A stretch of DNA of 64,000 bases. It comes from Ascidiella aspersa. Its lineage: Eukaryota. A model generated the notes under the pieces. It saw only the letters and a list, made by a program, of their open reading frames with translations. It made no database searches and had not been told where the DNA came from. The DNA lies in contig OZ004614.1 in the NCBI GenBank assembly GCA_963924565.1, forward strand, positions 8,804,001-8,868,000, in the 5' to 3' direction. Shown here one piece after another: positions 42,901 to 51,900 of the stretch; position 1 is the stretch's first letter; each line of letters starts with the position of its first letter. Both the position numbers and the translations under genes were made by a program.

Positions 42901-45900
42901 TGCTATAACGTAAGGTTACCTGTGTGTGATTGAGCAAAAAAACTGTTATAATTTATAAACGAAATTTAGCATATGTAGTCGCACATGTAGCCTGTTACTT
43001 ACCGATGTTAGGGGAAGGTAAAAGTAAACCTCACAAACGCTGGAGACATGCAGCCCCATGTAAATTTGAACGCCTTCGTATTTAAGAGTATAATTTCGCA
43101 AAGAAACCGAACCATTGAAAGTCCGAAGAATCCCTTTGCCGCGAATTAACAGCGTGGAATCAACCTATTTCCAAAAAGCAATTTTTTTGTTTTAAATTCG
43201 GGCAATTAAATATCGTAAGACAAATAAGACAAACTATGTTAGAAATCACAGATACACTGACCTCAATCGAGTAACTTTCTGGGCCTGAATTGGCGTCAAG
43301 AAAATACATCGCTGTCATGGGGTGCATTGCGACAATGGCAAAGATATACGACGGACCCCTGAAAGTAATGAAGACGAGATTCACCGGATTATTAAGGTCT
43401 TGTGTTGCAGTTTGTCAATCTTAGGCTACTCAATATTAAAAAAAATATATTAAAGATAAATGACTTAAAAAGTTTACACAAGGTTCTGTGTTACAGTTTA
43501 TCAATCGCATTCAATGTTAAAAAACTAATTAACGATAAATGACTAAAAAAAGCCCGTTTACGTGGCCATTCCAAGGGCAGTCGATAACCTATTACAGAGT
43601 TTTGTGTCATAATCCTACTACATCAAACAGGGTAAAACAAAAAAAACACCACAAGGTAATAAAAACTGCCCCGAAAAGCTCGCATAAGTGTAGATTCTTA
43701 TTGTGTCATTTGTGCGCGTTGGCTTTTCATCATCAAATCATTTTATTTAAGTGTCTGTTAACATATGTGTAAAACAATTCAAGTCATTTTCTCGCTATTT
43801 GAAACACCTCAACCGGGTGTTTCTTAAGTGTGGATAAAAAATTATCGAAAACGTGTAATTGTGATGTAAGCACAAGTTTGTGATGTTCGATAGATAATAG
43901 TTCACGTTGACAAGACACCTCAATTACTGAGTGTTAACTTACGTGTAGGTTTTGTTGTATGCTGCACTCACACGGGAAGTGTTTCCAACTTTATAATAGA
44001 TCTGAAAGAAATCATAACTTGTTTTATGTGTTATTCATACGTCGTAATTTTTATAGAAAAACAGTTATTAGCAAGTATTTTACGTGTACTACTTTGAAAC
44101 AAGCATAACAGCTGAATACAAGTTTGACCCAAAACAAGTTATTATTTTATTACTGAAATATAAAAGTTTGACCCAAAACTGACAAAACTTGTATAAAAAA
44201 TATATATATAATACAAACAACACTTAACTTCATTGTGTTTCGGAGCTTGTTTTAAAGCAGTTTATTTAAAGGTTTCTTTCTCGTGCAAATTATCTGTTCT
44301 GCTTTAGAGAAAAAAAAAAATTCTAGTGACCCCAACTTTAACCATTCTTTTAAGGTAAAAAGATTACACGTGCTAAACGCTCTCACTTGATTTCCACCAG
44401 GAAAACTATATACATCGGGAGGATCTGCTATCGGGTAGGAATAAAAGTTGTCGACCTTCCTTGTAAGATTGCTAATGTTAGACCGAATACGCTGGAAGAT
44501 TTCTGAAAACATATACATAAAAATAGCCTCGTCAATAGCATTTAATAACTAGAGCCACAGCAAAATTCTGTAGATTAATAAAGAAAAATATTTCGCCCAG
44601 TTATTTGAAACATTTTTACCAAAATACAACCAATATTGTGCTTTTCGGTGTAGCGTGTTTTTCTTGTCATTTTGTCAACTGCGAATTCTAACTTTAATTA
44701 TTAATTTGCGCCTTACTTTAAAATAGGGTCTATAGGGACTTGGGTTCATATTTCGAAATGTATTAAACTGTAACATTGATTCTTATTTTGGTTGGTATGT
44801 GTTTTTAAGAGTAATCTGTTTGTGCACACGGCCCTTTTAAGCCAGCTTAACATTCTCTGCACACGGGACATTTAATGGTGTTTTTCTCGTGAAGCTATCT
44901 TTCTAATCTGACCTCTGGCGATTTTCCACTGGACTTTTAAATTTAATGACTGCCAATCTCGCAAATAATGGTCACCTTGTTCTGATCTAATCTGTTCGCT
45001 GGCGCCAGCCGTCCTCGGACAGTTAATTTGTTTTTCTGCATCGCGTGCCATCGTTATTTTTACTAACTTTATTAAATCGCGTACTTTCCAATAACTGGGT
45101 TTTATTCCGTCGACGCCCTTGTCGGCATTTTCAGTTCTTACGTAACTGCTGTTTAGAAGGTGTCTATATTAATCGGCGTCTGAACGTCTCTTTTGTCCAG
45201 TATTTGGGAAGTGGGCCATTGCGTTTAGAGGTCAGCACGTTTTGTGTAGTGTTCTGTCTTGTAAGTAATCTTTGCTCACGTATTATAAGCGTTGGTGTGG
45301 TGTTTGACATTTTGGCTCATCTAATACATTTAAGTTGCTTGGGTTAAGTTGTGTGGTCTGTAGAATAAACTTAAGCATTGAGGCAAATTAACTCCCCATT
45401 ATCTTTTTAAGAACTCATTGCGGTTGCGTCCTGTCGGACAAGTATAGGTTAGGCGGTAGATTCTAATATACTAGGGCGCGGCAGGGCGTAACATTCGGAA
45501 ACTCAAATGTCTATTTAAAGAAATACCTTTATATTGTAGCGTTTAGCGAATCTGTGGCAATCGAAACTTAAATGTGGCAATTGGACCCTTAATGTGGCAA
45601 TTGGAACTTGAAGTCTCTTACACGAGGTAAGGCTGGTCGTCGTATACATCTGGCTCTTAAAAAATCGGGTTTTGGATTCCGTACAGAAACGACTTAGTGA
45701 GATCTACGCAACGTCACTTTACTTATTTAATTCTCACTTTAATGCAATTACAATTACAACCCTATCCGAAATACTCAGAATACAACAGCATAAACGATAT
45801 TTTTCAACGACTCCGGTCAACAAAGCATACATTATGTTGTATTTTTGTATTGTTCGCTCGAAGAGTAGAATTGAAAAAGGCGTAAGAATAAAAGGGCACA

Positions 45901-48900
45901 AGCTTATATAGCTTGGATAATTGGCAATTTACATAGCACACACGAGTGGTAATCACCACAGGCAAAACAGTAAAGAAATGCGGTACAATGAACGAAACAC
46001 GCGCATTTTACAGTCACAAGGACAGTAAACGAAGCGGGACCACAATATCTCCCCTTCGAAGATCGAAATCCCCTCATCAGAAGTGAAATCGCTCAGGAAG
46101 TTTACGCGATCTGTTCGTTCGTCGAGGATTGTCGGGACCGAATGAAGGAGAGCTGTGATTCAGTGACATGTCTGAATCTGCACTAGCAGTAAGGCCCTGC
46201 GGAATACTTGCTTCCGCTCCCGGTTCCAAATCCTCATCGGACGCGTATCGAGCGCGTAGCTGGTCGATATGACGTCTCCAAATTGGACCACGTGGAAGAA
46301 CCTTAACATGAAAAGTACGGCTGCCACATCGTTTAATAATGGTGGCAGGAACCCAGCGAGCATCCTCGGTACGTCTTGGACCAAGATACAAAGCGTAACA
46401 TGGGTCTTCAATGTTAAAAGAAGTGATCTTCACGGGTTTTCGTGTTCCCTGTGTTTGTTTACGTTGCATCAGGTGTGCTGGCGAAGGCAACAGAGTATCT
46501 ATTTTGGCCCGAATCTGTCTGCCGTTAAGTAGTTCACTTGGTGAAAATCCACTGGCGTTCGGAATACGCCTGTATTGCAGTAGAAACTCTTAAAATATGC
46601 CTCTTTGGGAGGTTTAGAAGACTTCTTAAGTGCCTTTTTAAAAGTTTGCATTAATCGTTCTGCCGCACCATTTGTAGCACGAAAGTATGGAGCTCCGGTC
46701 AGATGAACGATGCCCCTTTGTTTGAAGAAGTCTTAAAACTCGGCGGACATAAAAGCTTGCGCATTGTCGGAAACAATAGTATGGGGGTAACCGAAATGGG
46801 CAAAATCTTGTTCCAACAACTCCATAGTTGTTCTCGATGACATAGATTGCGTTTGATGTACACATGGGTATTTTGAGTGAGCATCTATCATCACAAGCCA
46901 ATTACTTCCCAGAAAGTTAACTGCATGATCAATGTGTAATCGACTCCATGGCTTTTCCGGCATCATCCATGGATGTACAGGCGCCTTTGGTGGAGCGTTT
47001 TGATGTTCAGCACAAGTTTGGCACTTGTGACAAAGAACAGTAATGTCGTCATCGATATTTGGCCAATAGACTGCAGTTCTTGCTAGTTGCTTCATTCGTT
47101 GAATCCCAAAATGTCCTTGATGAAGGATCTGTAGAACTGCAGAACGAAGTGATTCCGGTATAACTAACCGTGAACCATACAGTAGACACCCAAAACTTGT
47201 ACTCAACGAATCCACAACCTTGCGAAACTTTGCAACTGGATCGTTGTATTCAATAGTAGATGGCCAACCTTCTCTCGTAAAACGCATGACTTTGGATAAG
47301 GTTGGATCTTTTCCACTTTCCTTTCGGAGTAACGCCGAATCGGTGGGTTGCACTTGCAAACTAAGACTGGTGATTGCACAAACCGTGTCGGTGTCATGTG
47401 CACTTTCCTCTATGTCGAAGAAAAAGTGCCCACCGTGCTAAGCGATTTGCAGCTAGAGCAGGCGTAGCTTTAGTAGGACAGAACAATGCCAATAGTGGCT
47501 TGTGGTCTGTCAGTAGAATAAATTTCCTACCATATATATATTGGTAGAATTTCTTCGGCGCAAAGATGATAGCAAGAGCCTCCTTCTGAATTTGGCTGTA
47601 GTTGCGCTGGCTTTTAGTTAGTGATTTGGATACGTTGGCAATTGGTCTCTCGCTTCCATCATGATAGCGGAAAAACTGCACCACCAACGTTTGATGCATC
47701 GCAGGAAATCCCAATAGGTAACATTGGGTCAAAATGTATCAGAACTGTATCAGCTGTCAGGAATTCTTTTAATCTGCAAAATGCAGCTTGCTCGTTATGA
47801 CCCCATTCCCATGCGATGTTTGACCGGGGAAGTCGATACAGTGGCTCTGCCACGCTTGAAAATTGTGAAGGCAGAAACTTGCAGTAGAATTGGACCGAAC
47901 CAAGAAAATAACGTAAGCTTAACACATCTTTTGGTGATGACATTTTAATAACGGCATCCACCTTTGATCCTTTGGAAATACCATCTTTTGACAAAATGTG
48001 TCCCAAGTATTCCACTTGTGCTAGCGCGAATTTACATTTTTCCAAACGACAGCGTAGACCTTTGTCGTTAAGCCGTTGAAGAAGTTTTCCTTTTGCTTGT
48101 ACGTCGTAGGGGTTTGATTGGTAAGAAAAACTTGAGCCACCCTCGTTTCTGGTACAGCATGTGCCTGTATAAACGTTGTAAACCTGGACCAGTAGTCGTC
48201 CCACAGCTTCGACGTGGAGTCGAATGAGGTAAAGCTTGGTGTAGCAACGGAAGGTGCAGCGTTTTGACTTGAACCGGCTTTCTCGACTAGGGCAAGAATT
48301 TAACTTCATTTGTTCATCATGGCGCCTTTGCTGCTCTTGTAGTTGTTCTTGCATCAGCTTTGCAACTTTTTCCATCGTTGAAAAGAATATCTTCGATACC
48401 AAACTGCGTAGAACTCGTTCAGTTGGTAGAATCCCCTTCGAGTTTAGTACTGGCCACCAATAACTCTGTTGTATTCTTGTATTGTTCGCTCGAAGAGTAG
48501 AATTGAAAAAGGCGTAAGAATAAAAAGGCAGAAGCTTATAAAGCTTGGATAATTGGCAATTTACATAGCACACACGAGTGGTAATCACCACAGGCAAAAC
48601 AGTAAAGAAATGCGGTACAATGAACGAAACACGTGACTGTAAAATGCGCGTACGCGATTACTGCCTTAAGGACAGTAAACGAAGCGGGACCACAACACAT
48701 TAGAATAACATATTAGAGTGGTGATGCGTTTTACCCATCCAGCTCATGCGCATTGGTCACACTTGAGCGACATCAGTGACGGAACATAAGAGATCACGTT
48801 AAACAGGGCAGTTAACTTACTGGTATTGCGTTACCTGTTATATGCAAATGATACAATGTGAAGTCGCAAGTCGGCCAAATGACTACGTGCGATGATTTGA

Positions 48901-51900
48901 CAAGGAAGTTAAAAAAAGAATTGAAACGTCATTCGTAACCGATTAATCTTAAAAAGTCAACCCTGGCTTAACTTTGTGGACGCCCTAGAACAGGGGTCGG
49001 CAACCTACGGCCCGCGGGCCGGATGAGGCCCGCCGATGAAATCCATTCGGCCCGCCGTCTCCTAGACAAACCAGACACGAGTCTATTTGACATACTTTTT
49101 GATTAATTTAACTATGTAATTGCGAAAAATGTTCGCGCTTCGCGCGAATGTTCATTATATGTTTGGTTTGTATACGCATGGAAGCTACCTTTTTAACTAG
49201 GTCAGCGATTCTTTACCGTTGCGCCGTAAAAGGCTGCCAAGTGCGTCGCAAACAAACGGAAAACGTATTCAAAATTATTGGACATATATTTTTTAACATT
49301 TTTTTATTTTCGGCAATGTAACAAAACTTGCAAAAACATTAAAAGAAATATCTGTATGCCCCCCAAAAAAAAATCGCGCTCGCTTCGCTCACCTGGTGCG
49401 CCTTGACTTAAAACGGTTAACAAACACTGAGCTAGATTAACTTTAAATGTTATCGCGTTCCCTCAAAGTAGTTTTATTACACTCTTCATTAGTAGCACGG
49501 ATGACGACGTGTGAACTTGAATTTTTAACCAAACGAACGCTTTTTTTTCGCGCTTTGCGTCAACAATTTACTGCCACTGTAAATGTGATTAAACGTTTTT
49601 AAGTGCAAAAAATGTCCAAGGCCCGCCTGATTGACAGTTGCTCTAACATTTTAATACCACAATTCTTAATTAACATTTGTGCGGCCCGCGGAGACCTTTC
49701 TAAGTTTGGTTTTGGCCCGCGACTAGAAAAAGGCTGCCGACCCCTGCTCTAGAATATGTCGACATATAAATTACACTGTATAGAAGTAAAACTAAACAAA
49801 AAATCGACATGCAACCACTGAAATATCTCATGTGTGAGTAAAAGATTGGTTAAACTACGATCATCACTGGGAGATAACTTTCTTACGACTCGCAACACTC
49901 AATGCGTAACATACCGCTTCGATCGCCATCCAATATGATATGCATCATCGTCATCATTGTTGCGTTGATTTCTTTTTGCGAAATTGTTTCACCAGTTGGT
50001 CTGCAAAAGAAAGTAGAAATTATAAATAGAAAAATTTAGAAAAGCTAATAGCTCTATTTAGGTTATTTTAATTTTGCAAACGAATACTTTCGCATTTCCA
50101 CCTGACTTAGACACTTTTTTGACCAAACGAGTTTTACGTGAGCTTAGAAACTATAATTTTAGTATTTTGCGAGATTTATTAAATGCTATCTTACTTTGAC
50201 AAGAGTATGTAACCAAGAACAGCTTGACCACCACCAGACTTCACCGTAGCCCTGTTTCTCGAATAATCTTTATAACGAGGACGACGTCCAGTATCGTGGT
50301 ATGACGTCGACACAACAAAAGTACGGTTCGAGTTCTGTTGAAAATATCAAAAGATTTATTTTTTCTTGAATGAAACCTTCAACAATTAAACAATTATATC
50401 AAAAGGTGTGGTTCCAGATGGTATTTGAGTTCCCTCTGCATTCGTTAGGTACAAATTTGGACAGACGTTTCGCCGCAGTAATAATTAAAGTATTATTAAA
50501 ATAATCTTTTGTGTAGCTTAATAAATGCGAAAAAAATGTTGAATAAAATGTACATGGAATAACGAGTCTTTTTTTCTATGTTTTACACTTGCAATTAATT
50601 AATGTATTTGCTATTTTCAACAACCGTCAAAGTAAGTTATCCGAGTTGTCACATATACCTACCGGAAAAAGTGGTAGAAAAAAGTAAACTTCGCAAAACG
50701 TTGGTTCTTGGGGCGCGAAATCCTGCACGCCTCCATATTGCATTGTATAGTTTCGCGTTGAAACCAAGCCCGCAAAAGTCTCAAATTTGACTTCTTCGAC
50801 GCTAATGTAAGTAGGGAAACTCTGCACCTGGTCACAAAATTGCGTTTAAGTGGACTATTTCAGTGATGGCATGCGTAATCTAATTTCGTAAAATAATCAT
50901 GAAGCAATGTTTCATAATAGTATAAACACTGACCTTTATTTCGTACTTTTCCGGACCAGATTTTTCACCGAGAAGAAAGAGTGCTGTGAATGGTGTGACA
51001 CCATACGATGTAAATGTGAATAAAGGTTCCCTGAAATGAACTGGATTAAACGATGCTTTTCATAATCTACTACAGCCAATTAAAAAATGTTATATATGCG
51101 GTTTTATACAACGTCCTAACCAGATAATATGGAACGAACCATTTCCAAGCCAAGCGATAAGTGGTTATGTCCAATACAGGTATTACAGGTACGGCAAGTG
51201 ACATAATTAAGATAAGTGATAAGAAATGAAAGTCAGTTTGTATTTACGCTTACAGAGAGATATATTTGGCAACAAATAAAAGAAAGATTAGCGAAATACA
51301 TTTCTCGTTCAATCTTACAAAATCCCTGACTTTGATTACGTCAGGCAATATAAAGAATATAAGCTACTTCAGGGTCGCACAAATATTGACCAGTGGCTAT
51401 AAAAAATGTTGCAGATCATTTTGATGTAAAGGCCGGGTTCCGATATATTAACCAAACTTGGGGCATCCTTTAAAAGCGTCCTACTAATCTGGTGAAAGTA
51501 TAAATAAATAGAACAAGCTTATAGAGTCAATGGAATCCGACCGCTTTTTAAACGACTGAATAAACTCACTATAATTGCTATATTAGAAATAGGCAAGATT
51601 GGCACAGTTTAACTATCCTCCATGATTCTTCCGAACTTGCCACGCTCATGGGATAATTAATTTGTGGCAGATGCGCCAACCGAAATACTGACGTTCCCTT
51701 TGAACTCACGTGTAAGTTTTGTTGTAAATTGCACGTTTTGGTCCTTTCTTTCCTTCGAAAGATACCTGAAAAAACGCGTTCGATGGGTTAATGAAACACT
51801 TTCTTTAGCGTTAGTTCGGGCAGCTCTTGTTAACCTAATCCTATAGGGGTATAATTACGAGTTACGACTAATGGGGTTTAATTTACCAAAGGAGTAAGTA

